Shown: in pieces, positions 38,420 to 52,020 of the stretch
Position numbering within the stretch: the first letter of the stretch is position 1
How the letters are laid out: each line of letters begins with the position of its first letter
Assembly (NCBI GenBank): GCA_013265495.1
Contig: MU057377.1
Coordinates: forward strand, 434,001-498,000
Origin: Vicugna vicugna
Lineage: Eukaryota
Reading direction: 5' to 3'
Length of the DNA stretch: 64,000 nucleotides
Program-made: the position numbers and the translations under genes
The notes under the pieces: generated by a model
Database searches by the model: none
What the model was told of the DNA's origin: nothing
The model's input: only the letters and a program-made list of their open reading frames with translations

Positions 38420-39200
38420 TTAGATAAAAAGGGCCATTTCCTTTAGAGACACAAAATTCAAAATCCACACAAGAAATAATAAATACTCTGAACAGGCCTA
38501 TATGTATTAAAGAAATTGAATCAATAATCTCTAATAATAACCTTCAAAAATTAAAAGCACTATGATCAGACTGTTCTACTGGTAAATTCTACCAAACATT
38601 CAACAAAGAAATGACACCATCTCTCTAGAGTCTTGGCCAGAGAATAAGAAACAAGTCTAACTCCTAACTCATTCTACGAGGCCAACCCTACACAGGGTCT
38701 AAACCAGGCAAAAACATTAGGGGAAATGAAAACTACAGGCTGATATCTCTCATCAGCATAGATGCAAAAACCTTCAATGCTAGCAAACTGAATCAAAGAA
38801 CACAAAGATAAGATTTATACACCACGACCACATGGCGTTGGTTTTAACATATGCAAGCCAGTCTCAACATTTGAAAATCAATGTAATCCACTATATTAAA
38901 AGGCTTTAAAGAAAAAAAAAACCATGTGGGCATACCATTAGATACAAAAAAAGCCTTTGACAAAATGTAACTCCCGTGTGTGAATCGCTTAGAAGAATAG
39001 GGACGGAGGGAAACGCTTTTGACTTGGTAAAGAGCCTCTGCAAAAACCGCACCGCTAACACCACCCTTAATGATGGAAGATGGAACACTTTCACTGTGAG
39101 ATCAGGAACAATTTCAGGAGGTTCACTCTTATGTCTCTTATTCACCACGGTGCTAAAAGACTGAGCCAGTGTGATGAGACAATAAAAGAAAGAAAAGCCG
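38420..39200 (+). mobile_element. L1 ORF2 (reverse transcriptase region) remnant, frameshifted
   Basis: ctactggtaaattctaccaaacatt, cctaactcattctacgaggcca, aaactacaggctgatatctctcatcagcatagatgcaaaa (ENYR.ISL...DAK) and gtgagatcaggaacaa motifs. Confidence 0.85.
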
Positions 39201-39744
39201 TACAGATCACACCTGCACAGGGGGTACCAGGCTGCTTCTCAAGTTCCCCTCACAACACACACGGTTATCATGACAGCCGTATTTCTGTCCGTGATGCGTC
39301 TGTACAAGAGCCCCTAAGAACACAACTAGGTGGAAAGGCTGAGGAGTCCACGCGGAGCCAAAGCTAGAACCAGGGCATGGCTTCAGGCTTAGCCTCACAC
39401 GAAAGAGGAAAAGTCATCCTGAGAGTCACCAGAAGGGTAGATGAGAAAAGGATTTTATTCAGAAACTCCAGTAATTAATAAATGTCTGTTTCTATTGAAA
39501 GGCTCTTTGGATCAGGTAACATCTGAGAAGAAGGGATGGCTCAGTAGCCTGGGTTCTAAAGCCCTTCTCCTTGCAAGTTACTTCTTGTATCCAGACTCTC
39601 ACTACTTAACAAACTACTTTAAAACGTAGGTACTTAGACACCAGAAATTGACAAACATTGTAACCTGACTATACTTCAATAATAAAACATTTTTTAAAGA
39701 TTAAAAAAAACCTTAAACTCTCAAAAAATAAAATTAAATTTTAA

Positions 39745-40030
39745 TTAGAATAACAATTATTGATTTAACTTGCGAGCCTGTGGTCTGAACCCCTCGGCTT
39801 CTCTTCTGGCCAGCTCGTGCCTCCTCTGCACTCAGCTGGCGGTTTGGCTGGTGGGTCAAAGCTAAGATCGTCTCACTCATATGTCTGATGTTTGGCGGCT
39901 CACCCACTGGGGTTGGCGTGGGTAACCGGGCCGTGTGTCTGTCATCACAGCAGGTTAACATCGGCTTTGTCACGTGGTGTTCACAGGATTCCAAAAGCAG
40001 CAGGTGAGCCAGCCACAATGCAGGAGCGAG
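39745..40030 (-). mobile_element. MaLR/ERVL-type LTR fragment (MLT1-like)
   Basis: aagatcgtctcactcatatgtctg...gtcatcacagcagg...tcacgtggtgttcacaggattccaa resembles antisense MLT1. Confidence 0.55.
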
Positions 40031-40039
40031 TCTGAAACC

Positions 40040-40670
40040 TCTGAAGCCCAGCCTTTGCTTGGTGATCAGGTCTAATCACCACATCAAGATGCTGACGGCT
40101 CTCTCTGCCTTCTTGCCCCCTACCATGAGAAATCCAAACGCCCAGCGGGCAATGGCAGCTTAAAGTTAATGAGACCCAAAGGAAATGATTCACTCTTTGA
40201 AATGAGGTCCTCAAAACACACTTCTAAGTCGCAGAGTCGCAGGGACAGAAAGCACAAGTCCTGTCCCAACGGGGTCTCCACAAGGCAGGCAGGTCGGGCC
40301 ACACCTGCTTCCACCTCTTGGTTCCGCCAGATTTGCCCAGCTGGGGACACAGGACCACATACTCTCACTGATTCCGATTGTGCACTGTGTTCTCCAGGAA
40401 GAGGCTCCACTCTTGCATTGTAGATGACCTCGCTTCTGAGCTGTGCTTTTGGGAGACTTTCCCATCATTCTGTCAGGCCAGCGGCTGCTCAGTGACACAG
40501 GGCGTGATGTAACCGGTATGACCTGTGGATTCCAAGGGCACACGCCCCTCCTGCCCCACAGGGGAAAGGCCTGCGTAGCTTCCTCAGAGAAGGTTTCAGC
40601 GCTGTTCCCACCGCCGTCAGCTGGACCTCCAGGGGCAGCAGCACCGGACCGATGAGCCTCGGTGAATGAA
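40040..40670 (-). mobile_element. ERVL/MaLR internal remnant (integrase C-terminus / dUTPase region)
   Basis: Minus-strand frames give GPVSPAGQIWRNQEVEAGVA, INFKLPLPAG and VVIRPDHQAKAGL, resembling recalled ERVL GAVSPIARIHGSRNQGVE.GVA, LNWKLRLPPG and GVIDPDYQGEIGL. Confidence 0.65.
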
Positions 40671-42061
40671 CTCACCTTTCCCACCTTTACTTCCCTCATT
40701 CGTTCTGCCCGCTCCCCGTGTGTCTTCCCCTAAGTGTCTTCACTGTTTGTTTGCCACTCCTCCCAGTTTTAGGCCATTTTGAAAGGATCTGATCTGAGAA
40801 GGTGGGAGAGGAGCAGAGCCAGCTAGAGGCTCTCTGTCCGGCTCCCCTCCCGGGGTCATGGCTGCGAGTGGCTGGACTCGCGGTGAGAGGTGAAATGAGG
40901 TGGGGTCAGAAATGGAAACTGCCACCCCGCGCTCATCTTCCCTTTGACCGAAAGCTGGCTGCCTGGCCCCGGAGGGCTGGACTAAGAGATGCAGAGGCTT
41001 CCGCTTTGTGGGGAAGGACTCCCACTCCTCGCAGACCAGGCTGGGTCTGCCCTGTCCCAGGAAGACACTCCGCGGACCCGCTTTATGCCTTGGGATCCTG
41101 CTGCCACAGGACTGCAGAGCAAGTCCAGACCTCATATGCATTTCGGAGTCAGCTCACAAAAGTTTTAAGTATCATATTTGTATCATTTTATGAATTTATA
41201 AATGCATGATTTTAAAAGGATACGCTGGGAATTGTAATCTAATTATTCAGTATTAGAGATAAGATCTGAAACCTCTTTTATAAAAACATTTTATAAATGT
41301 CCTGTGTTTGTCTTGGTATGGGAACCAGTTCTAAACTGTTGACAGTGTATACATTTTACACTACCTCCTGTCTATACTGGAAAAAAAATCTAATTAATGG
41401 CAGCTAACAATTATCTAACACTTAATAGTATGCAAAACACTGCCACTTTTATCATTTGATCCTCGTGACACTTTTATAGGAGACATTAGCTAATTTTACT
41501 CATTAAAAACTTGATCCTCCCAGAGGTGAAGAAACACATCCAAGTTTTCTTGTTAACAAATTGCAGAACCAAGATTTGACCTAGCTCTCCTGACACTACG
41601 GTCCATGATCTCTACAGGTTTACTGATACCTTTCACTTGGCTACGTGATTTTGGTCAATTTTTTGGTCATCTGGACCTTATTTTTCTCTGCAAAACTACA
41701 GGGAGTTTTTAATTGATTTTAAAGGATATTACCAGCCCTATGTATCATTTTAACTAGTCTTGGCAGACATGGAACTGGATAATTCTTTTTTAACCTACAG
41801 GACCAACCGTAAGTGAAGAGAACTAGATATAATCAACACCTGATCAGATTGAGTTCATTTGTCACATGGTGATTCTTTCCCAAGACTGAATCTAAACCTG
41901 AGTTATAACATCTATCCTAACACTTATATATATTGAGGTCATAGAAAAATAGAAAAAAATAATTTTTTTAATAACTACTGTGAATGTTTCCTTTGGAAAT
42001 CATCTAACTTAGTAAAAAAAAAGAATTAAAAATCTAAAATTATTCAATATTAAATTATTCT

Positions 42062-42177
42062 AACACTAATTCAAAAAGATACATGCATCCCAATGTTCAC
42101 AGCAGCATTAGTCATAATTGCCAAGATATGGAAACAACCTAAGTGTCCATCAACAGATAACTGGGTAAATAAGAGGC

Positions 42178-42208
<31 letters not shown>

Positions 42209-42470
42209 TATGCATACCATGGAATACTACTCAGCCATGAAAAATAATGAAAATTTGCCATTTGCAGTAACATAGATGGACTTGGAGGGCATTATGCTGA
42301 ATGAAATAAGTCAGAGAAAGACGAGTACTGTATCATATCACTTATATGTGGAATCTAAAAAATACAACAAACTAGTGAATATAACAAAAAAGAAGCAGAC
42401 TCACAGATGTAGGGAACAGACCAGTGGATCTCAGTGGGGAGAAGGAAGAAGAGAGAGGTGCGGGGTAGGG
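42062..42470 (+). mobile_element. L1 3' end (L1MA-like) with internal (CA)n
   Basis: ORF2 C-terminal remnant MFTAALVIIAKIWKQPKCPSTDNW, followed by 3' UTR. Confidence 0.85.
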
Positions 42471-43731
42471 GTCAAAGAGCACAGGTCCCAGTCCTGACAC
42501 CTCCACTTTACTGAGTGACCCTGAGCAAGTTATGTAATATCATGAATCAGTCCCCTCAACCATAAATTAGTACCTCTCAGCATGCTGAAGAACTGAATGA
42601 CTTAAATGACTTACTACATACAAACCACTAAAGCACTGTGCCAAATACATCATAAGTGCTCTGTGTCAGATGGCATTATTAATAACCATATTATGTTGCT
42701 ATTGTTATTATTACACGTGGCAAAGCCTTAAAATCTGTATGATAGTCTATCTCCCATAGACTTTTGCTCATCTTCTAATCTAGAGTAAAGTGTTATGTAT
42801 TTTTATCCCCAGACCTTGATTAAACCACAGGGAAAGCCCTTAAAACAAACCTCATTTAGTCTTTTCCCCTAAAATGAGAGGCAAGTAGCAAGTTTAAGGA
42901 GTTGTCAGCAGAATTTAGGCTTGAGTCTAAGCAAAGAGGAAATGACTGGAAACTGGGAAGTTTGGGAGTTTCTTTATAGAAAATGAATTTTTTTTCTGTG
43001 TTATCCACATTCTTTACTGCAAAATCATGTTACTCATCTCATAAAAATACTTTTTAACTTATTAGACCTCAAGAAGAGTACACCACAGTACTCTTCTTGG
43101 GCACAAAAAGGGAAATGCCATCTGGCACAAAGTAAAATATTTTAAATAACCGACAACGTAAAATCAAGTCACAAGTTATTACTTGAAGAGAATGAGTTCC
43201 ACAATCAATTTTAAACCATAGGTAGAAATGATCTTTAAGGAAATGACAGTGTAGGATGAAGCAAACACGTTATCACCAGCTCAGTTAAACATTCACAGTG
43301 AAAGCAGCCTGAAAGGGTCGTTGATGGCCTCACGGTAGGGTCACACCTAAAGGCTGAGGTCTGGTGTTGACTGAGGATCAAAAGATACACAACACGGGCT
43401 TTTAAACCTTGTAAAAATCTATAACTGTGATTGTGATCAAAGGCAGCTGCAAAACAGAGGCTTACGGGAGACCGAAGTCCCTTCGCTCTCCTGCTCTGTC
43501 ACCCTGTCGTCTCTCCTCAGGGTCCAGAAAGGTGGCTTGAGCTCCAGCTGCTCTTCACGTCAGCACTGCAGGCAGGAGGAGAGAGTGAGGAGGAGTAAGT
43601 AGCACAGGTCACAGGCCTTATTTCTTAGATTCCCTGGAAGCCCTGCCCAACACTTACTCTTAACACTTCACTGCCCGCTGGGTTACGTAGCAGAGCGTAC
43701 TTGACAGCACACGAGACCAGACAATGGAGTC

Positions 43732-43827
43732 TTTTTTTTTCCCACATTATTTTTAATTAAAGTCTAGTTGATTTACATGTTGTATTATTTTCTGGTGTAC
43801 AGCACAGTGATTCACATATATATACAT

Positions 43828-43876
<49 letters not shown>

Positions 43877-43915
43877 TTCTTTTTCATTACCGGTTACTAC
43901 AAGCCATTGAATATG
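43732..43915 (-). mobile_element. L1 3' tip with expanded (CA)n microsatellite (about 43828-43876)
   Basis: tttttaattaaagtctagttgatttac...ggtgtacagcacagtgattca...ggttactacaag. Confidence 0.8.
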
Positions 43916-45318
43916 TATTTGTTGAGGTTGTTGTGATGATTAAATAAGTTAAAAATGGAAAGTTAATCTCTGCAGAACTCTGCTGAGACCCAGTTGGTGT
44001 TCAATAAATATTGGCTATTATTATAATTTATGTATTATTAGTGTTACATCTAAGGCACACATTATCTAATAGACTTCACACTATACAAAGGTATATAATA
44101 AAAACAAAAAATTCAGTTAAATGTATATATTATTTTATGCTAATTAAATTTGCATTTAATTTAGATCACACATTCTTACTGTGTGTGGAGTCTAAATGAT
44201 CTATATTTTATAGAGCATTTTAAATAAATACAGACTGCTATAGAACACAACTGCAAAAACTTCGTAATAATATAAGCAGATTGTATTTCCTTTTATTATG
44301 AATTGTTTGCATATATTTTTGCAGTATTAACAACAAGAAATCATACATAGTATGGAAAAAAGAGAACAGAAGAATAAAATACACTTAGCTTAAAAATCAT
44401 TTGATCCTAATTAAATCATAAGTATATTATAGAATAAAGCCCAGATTCCTATTAGTGAAATTTCATTTATTTAAAGTTTCATAAAATCTACTCAGCATTC
44501 TACATTAGTGACTTGGAAATAATTAGCTCTCTGATATTATTGTAAAGTACACTCATGAGAGGAAATGTGGAAATATTGATGTATTGATGAATTGCACCCT
44601 CCAGTGGGGGAAAAAATGTTTATATGTAAAAACTTAGTGTGTTTCTTATTGCAGGTTTACTATATTCAAACATGTTTTTACCTACAAATTTCACTGTAAT
44701 TATGTTTTAGGACCTGCACTAGTGCATATCTACTGCCATTTATTTCTTCTGCGTCCCCAGGAAGCTGCTCTTAGTTTCAGAGTTTATTATGTACACAGGA
44801 CATTTACGCTGGGAAAGTAAAATAGCTTTAAAGGAAAAATTTAAAAAGAAAGGTAAAAGATAAAGTTGGACATGCACATGCATATATTGAATATTTTCTA
44901 AAAGAATAGCATTTACTCTGTCTTTGATGTAGAAATATTTTAGATATATTATACCATGTCATCAGGCAAATGTTTCATTCTACCTCAAAATACATATCAT
45001 TTTTTCAATGTGACAAATGTGAATTCACTGCTAGTAAAATCAGTTTTCAGAAAGAATTGAAAGACTGAGCACATCTCCATGCTTTTCACTCTAATCTGAG
45101 AAGCATAAGAGCAGACAAAAACAGGATGTAAGAGGTATGTTTTGAACACAAATCAGTTTGACTCCAAAACTGAACTCCTTGCCCAGCGTATGTGACATGC
45201 TCTGACTTTGGAGTCTAAAGTCTGTAAGAGTCTGTAAGTACTAGGACATTGTCTGACACCTTTTCTTTATGGTAATTTATTTCATTTTACTTTTCCTCAT
45301 TATAAAAATATGTGTTTA

Positions 45319-46680
45319 CTCCTTCATACCATTCACAAAAATAAACTCAAAATGGCTTCAAGACTTAAAGACAAGACAAGACACAATAAACCTCCCAGAA
45401 GAAAATAGGCAAAACATTCTCTGACGTGAATCTTAGCGATGTTCTCCTAGGGCAGTCTACTCAGGCAATAGAAATAGAAGCAAAAATAAACAAATGTGAC
45501 CTAATTAAACTTATAAGCTTTTGCACAGCAGAGGAAACCATAAGCAAAACAACCACCTATGGAATGGGAGAAAATATTTGCAAATTATGCAACTGACAAA
45601 GGTTTAATTTCCAGAATGTATAAACAGCTCATACAACTTAATAACAAAAAACAAACAACCCAATCCAAAAATAGGCAGAAGATCTAAACAAGCAATTCTC
45701 CAATGAGGACATACAAACGGCCAATAAGCACATGAAAAAATGCTCAATATCACTAATTATCAGAGAAATGCAAATCAAAACTGCAATGAGGTACCACCTA
45801 ACACCAGTCAGAATGGCCATCATTCAAAAGTCCACAAATGACAAATGCTGGAGAGGCTGTGGAGAAAAGGGACTCCCTCCTACACTGCTGGTGGGAATGC
45901 AGTTTGGTGTAGCCACTGTGGAAAGTACTATGGAGATTCCTTAAAAAACTGAAAATAGACTTACCACATGATCCAGCAATCCCACTCCTGCCATGTATCT
46001 GGAGGGAACTCTAATTCAAAAAGATACATGCACCCTAGTGTTCATAGCAGCACTATTTTCAATAGCCAAGACATGGAAGCAACTTAAATGTCCATCAATA
46101 GATGAGTGGATAAAGAAGTTGTGGTCTATTTATATAATGGAATACTACTCAGCCATTAAAAATAATTAAATAATGCCATTTGCAGCAACATGGATGGACC
46201 TAGAGATCGTCATTCTAAGTGAAATAAGCCAGAAAGAGAAAGAAAAATACCATATGATATCACTCATATGTGGAATCTTAAAAAAAAAAAAGAAAATGTG
46301 GAATCTTTAAAAAAAAAAAGAAAGAAAAAAAAGAGGACAGTAATGAATTCATCTACAAAACAGAAACAGACTCACAGAGATAGTAAACAATCTTATGGTT
46401 ACCGGGGGAAAGAGGGTAGGAAGGGAGTTTGAGGTCTATAAATGTTAGCTACTATATATAAAAATAGATAAAAAAAAATTTTCTTCTGTATAGCATAGGA
46501 ACTATGCTCAATATCTTGTAATAACCTTTAATGAAAAAGAATATGAAAATGAATATATGTATGCATTTGCATGACTGGGACATTGTGCTGTACACCAGTA
46601 GTGACACATTGTACCTGATTATACTTCAATTTTAAAAAAAAAGTTATTACAAAAAAACCCCAAGAAACCTTAAAAAAATA
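45319..46680 (+). mobile_element. Young 5'-truncated L1 (ORF2 C-terminus, 3' UTR, A-tail)
   Basis: ORF 45732-45944 [44 protein letters not shown] is the L1 ORF2p cysteine-rich region, frameshifted. The 3' UTR is shared with other copies in the window. Confidence 0.95.
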
Positions 46681-46914
46681 CATGCTTATAATAGAAGAGT
46701 TGAAATATTTTTTTGAAAATTAAAGAAAACATTACATCACCCCCCAAACTAGAGAGAATTTCTGTTAATATTTTGGTGCAACGTTTTCCAGTCTTAATGT
46801 GGTATAATTTTTTACACATGTGACCATATCATATGAACAGAAAATACTCTTTTACACATAAAAATTATTATAGAAGCATTTTCTATCTACTACAATTACA
46901 AAATGAACATATCA

Positions 46915-47890
46915 CTTTTATTGAGGTATAACCCATGCAACAAAAAGTTTACCATTTTAAAACATAAATGTCAACGATTTTTAAGTGTCTTCACAACATT
47001 GTAAACTATTACCATCTAATTTTAGAACCGTTTCCTTACCCCAAAAGGAACCCTGTCCCCATTAGCAGGCAATCCCCATCCCCCTTTTCCCTAGCCCCTT
47101 ACAGCTACTAATGTACTTTCTGTGTCTGTGAATTCCCTATTCACTTCATATAAACGGAATCATACAATGTGGTCACTTATGTTGCACATCTTCCTTAGCA
47201 TAATTTTCAAGATTCATCCATGTTGTTACCTCTATCAGTACTCTATTCTCTTTCATGGAAGAATAACGTTTAACTGTACGAATATACCAGATCTTATTTA
47301 TCTATCAGCTAATGGACATTTGGGTTGTTTCCACCTTTTGACTATTATGAATAATGCTGCCATAAACATTTGTGTACAAGTTTTTGTGTGAACATGTGTT
47401 TTCAGTTCTCTAGGATATATACCTAGGTGTGGAATTGCTGTGCCCTATGGTAGCGCTGTGTTTAACTTTTTGAGAAACTGACAAAATGTTTTCCAAAGTA
47501 GGTGCCCCATTTTATGTTCCCATCAGCAAGGTATGAAGGTTCCAGCATCTCCATATCCTTGCCAACGCTTGCTGTTATCCATCTTTTTCATTATGAACAT
47601 CCTAATTGGTGTGAAGTGGTAGGTATGTAAGTGTAGTTTTGATTTGCATTTCCATTCATTCTATGATGCTGAACATCTTTCAATGTGTTCATTGGCCTTT
47701 ATATGTCTTCTTTGGAGAAATGTCTATTCAAATTCAATGCCCATTTTTTAAAAACTGGGTTATTGTGTTTTATTTTTTACTCATAAGATTTTAAAATACA
47801 CTCTGTATACTAGATCATTATCAAATTCATCATATGCAAATATTTTCTCCCATTCTGGGACTGTCATTTCACTTTATTGACAGTGTCCTT
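46915..47890 (-). mobile_element. Old L1 (L1MB-like) 3' region
   Basis: tggacatttgggttgtttccaccttttgactattatgaataatgctgc...tttggagaaatgtctattcaa. Confidence 0.85.
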
Positions 47891-48149
47891 TCTTTTTCAG
47901 TACTTTTATGAGATGGAGGGCTTGAATGTCACCTTCCAATCATACTTTTCTTACTTTCTTTAAATCTTCTCTGTTGTTTCCTGCAGAAACTAACAGAGCC
48001 TGACGACAAGGCTGAGCTCCAGCCCCAGCATCATAATGCAGAATTCTGCAAGGTGGACTTGAAGTCAATGGAAAATAATAAATGGCACATAGGAAGGTAA
48101 GAGTTCCTATAGGTTTATCAGTTACATGTTTGTTTGTTTCTTATAGAAA

Positions 48150-51100
48150 TAACTTTTGAAACTGTTGAATCTCTCTATTAAGTGGTTGTTTTCCCATTTT
48201 ATTGATACTTGTTCTCTGTTGTCTCCAGTCTTCTAATCTCTTTGGAATTTGGGGGAGGAGTAATTTCTTCAAATTAATTCATAGATCAAGGATTTTCAGT
48301 CTTCCTTCATTCCTAGTCTAAGCATTTAAAGTTGAAATTGCCTTCTAAACATGATTTTAGCTGGATCACATTGTTTCGATATTTTTTTTATTATTATTCA
48401 GTTCAAAATATTTTCTAAATTTTATTGTGATTATTTTCTTTTATCTTGGGCTACTTACCTATTGGCTACTCACATACTAATGAATTTCCAAACATTTGGG
48501 GTTTTCAGGTTATCTTTTTGCACTAATATGTATTATAATAATGTTATATTTAATGTATAAAATATTATACAAGTTTATCTTTTAATGTAAGTAAACAAAA
48601 TAGTATATAATATGCACACACCTATAGATAGAAATTCATAAACATATAAAATATATACATAATTTAGTTCAGGGGTACATATTGGGAATTGTTGCATCTT
48701 CTTCATAGAATGCAAACTGTATTATTGAGACATCCTTCTATCTCAAATAACTCATTTTATGTTAAAATCTACTTTAACATTAATATAGGTACAACAATCT
48801 TTGATTAGTATTTGCATAGGGCATCATTTCCCAAATATTAACATTTACCTTTTCTTTAAATTTAATTTTTGTCTGCAATAAGTTTTTGTAGTAATCAATT
48901 CTATACTAGCAAGTTTTTGTCTTTTTATCATCCAGTCTGTCAATCACTGTTTTTTTAATCGAATGATTTGGTCAATTTACAGTTAAGTAATTAATTGCTA
49001 CATTTGGTTTTAAATCTACTATCTTACTATATTTTTCTATTTGTTTCACATGCTTTGTTTCTTTTTCTCTCCTTTTCTTCTTCTGGATTCTTTTTTCAAT
49101 GTTCAATTCCCTCCCCCTCCACACTAGCCTGTTTATCAAACGTTTGTTTAATTTTGATTTTAGTAGTTACCCTAGAGATTATAACAAACACCCTTGAGTT
49201 ATTAAACTTGTGTAAGTCAGAACTTTTAACATGCTGGACAACACAGGACCTTAGAAACTCTTTAATTCCATTCAATATATCTTGCTTTTTGTTATTATTT
49301 TGTTAACCCCACAGTCATTTTTATTACTATTTTCACAGTAAATATTTAGATGTATTCATGTTATTCTTTATTCTTTCTTTCAATACATTGCCTCTATCTT
49401 ATGATATTTTTTTCCTTTTCCTAAAAGTCTCTACTTAGTATTTCTGGAACTGAGTCTTCAGCTAATGAATTCTCTTGGCTTATTTCAACAGGTTTTTACT
49501 TTTGCTTCTTATTTGAAGGATCTGTTCACTGGATATTAATTCTAGTTATTTACTCTGAACATCATTAAGACATCATGAAGATGTTTCTTGATTTCCAAGG
49601 CTTCCAATGGGAAGTCAGCTCTGGTCTAATTTTGCTCCTCTAATGCCAATACTCTTTTTTTCCTTATGGATGCTTTAAAATGTTTTCCCTTATCTCCAAA
49701 CTTCAGCAGTTTTACTGTGACAAACCCAATTTTACTTTTCTTTGAATTTATCCTGCTTGGAGCTCCTGGTGTTTCTTGAATCTTTCATCAGCGGGAAATT
49801 CTCAGCGGCTGTACTTTAAAATATCGTCTCTTCCTCACTCTCCTCTCCTGCTGCTGTGGTTCTACTGAGATTTATGTTTTGTCTTTTTCAGTGTTCTACA
49901 TATTTTCCTCTTTTCTGTATTACCCATTCTTTTCCTCTTTGTGCTTCATTTTGGATATTTCTTCTGATTTATCTTTTAATTCAACGGCTTCCCTTCAGCT
50001 CTTCCTAATCTTATGTTAAAGACATCCATTCTTCCTAATTTCACCTACTCTATTTTCCTGTTCAAGAATTTCTATTTGATTGTCACTTCTTTGTTGAAAC
50101 TTTCAATATTTTGTTAACTCCTTGAACATATTACTCATAGTGTATTGGTCCAGTAACTTCACCTTGATTTCCTGTGGATCGGTTTTGTCTGTCTGTTTTG
50201 TCTCTTACTCTCAGAAATGTCCTTTGTGTTTGTGTGTTTGATGCTAGATACTGTGTATTAGAAATTAACAAGTTAAAGAGTCTAGATGATGTCATCTTAA
50301 GACAGAATTTGGTTTTGCTTCTGGCAGGAAGCTCGGCTAAGAGAAGCAGCAATTCCTGATTGCCTTTCTCAAATGAGGAATAAAAAATGTTAAGGGGTTC
50401 AGTGTTATGGTGGGCACTTTATTTCTGGTACATTCTTACTCATTGGTGAGGACTTTCAGAGTCCCAGCCAAAACATGGGGTGTTTATTAGGGCCCTTCCT
50501 TGTTTAGGGTCCTTCCATTTCAACGTTTATCTCCCTGCCTCATCCCATCGGCCTCTCAGTTGCTTTTTTCCAATCAGTAACTGCTTTTAGGCAGAAGGCC
50601 TCTGCTCCGCACCCTACACCTGCCCCCAAAGCCAGGATCATCTGTTTGAGCCTCTTTTTCTTACAGATCATGAATTCCTCACACACAACCTTGGTAGCTA
50701 TGCCATGCATTCAAAACAGAAGCTTTTGTTAAAAAAAAAAATTAGTGCTGGCTGATCACAGCAGGAGAATTGGTTTGAGCTACTTAATACACCATTGCTG
50801 ATACTGGAATTCCTCCACGCAAAAAATTTTAAAGTTTATATGGTTGATTTAACAATTTTTTCCCCTTAATTGCTTCTGAATTCTGATTCATGGTGAGAGA
50901 GACCTTCACCATCTTACTGTTATTTAGAAGTTTGTTTGCATGTTGTTATAGTTCAGTCATGGTTTCAGTTTTTACACTGAAACTGTTGATCCATTTGGAA
51001 TTTGCGATTTGCTGAGAAGTTTATATACAACTTACTTTTATTTCTGATGCCCACCTCTTTATCTAGACTGACTTATTGGACTGTCTATCTTTTTGTCACA

Positions 51101-51738
51101 GATTTGAAAGTTTACCTTTTTAATATAGTAAGTTAACCTGGGAATTTGGATCTCTGAGCTTTCTATTTTTCTGTTGTTTCATTGTATGTTTATGAGTCTG
51201 TGACATTTTTTTAAATGACTTTATATGATTCTCATGCAATACTCAACACATACTTGGAGGATATAATTTGATCAGCTGCAATATACGTATACACTACTGA
51301 AACTGTCACTACAATCAACTAAAGAAATCAAATTTTCTTGCGCCCTTTTAAAATCTATCACTAACTCTGATGCCACCAGCTGTCACTAAGCAACAGATTG
51401 TCATTCTAATGTGCAGTTTCTAGACTTCTGATAAATGGAATCATGTAGAATATGCTCATTTTGTCTTTATTCAACGTGGCTATTTTGAGACTCATCCACA
51501 TGGTTGCCTTTGGCATTAGTTGGTGTTTTTTTATTGTTAAGTAATAGTATTCTATATCTTTGTTTATACATTCACCTGTTGGCTTTCTGCCTCTTCGCTT
51601 TCCTTGTGGGCCTCCACCCCACTAACACTTCCTCTGACAGAAACTTCTGACACCATAGGGGCATGGATGTTGGTGCTATATGACTGAGGAAACTATAAAG
51701 GCATTATTTAGTTTTATTTTCTGACTGTTCATTGCTGG
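48150..51738 (-). mobile_element. Ancient degraded L1 fragments (ORF1/ORF2 regions)
   Basis: T-rich plus strand with motifs such as ttgattagtatttgcat, ttgaaggatctgttcactggatat, gggaagtcagct, cagcagttttactgtga, ttcattgctggtg. Confidence 0.6.
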
Positions 51739-52020
51739 TGTATTAGGGTTCTCCAGAGAAACAGAACCAACAGGACAGATAAAGGACAGACAGATAATTT
51801 TAAGGAATAGGTTCACATGATTGATTCTGGGGGCTGGTAAGTTTGAAACCCACAGGGCAAGCCCGCAAAGAGTTGTTGTTCCAGTCTTGAGTCCAAGTAC
51901 TGCAGGGCAGCAGTATGGAAACTCAGGCAAGAGTTTCTATGTTGACGTGTTTGGGAGAACTGCTCCCATGGAAAAGCGCAGTCTTTGCTTTTAAGACCTT
52001 CAACTGATTGGATGAGGTCT
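51739..52020 (-). mobile_element. MLT2-like ERVL LTR fragment
   Basis: tgtattagggttctccagagaaacagaaccaa...ccttcaactgattggatgagg are diagnostic MLT2 strings. Confidence 0.85.

Noticed and set aside
45638..45944. ORFs on both strands with protein-like composition
   Set aside because: Fragments of a frameshifted L1 ORF2 and its antisense; not host genes.
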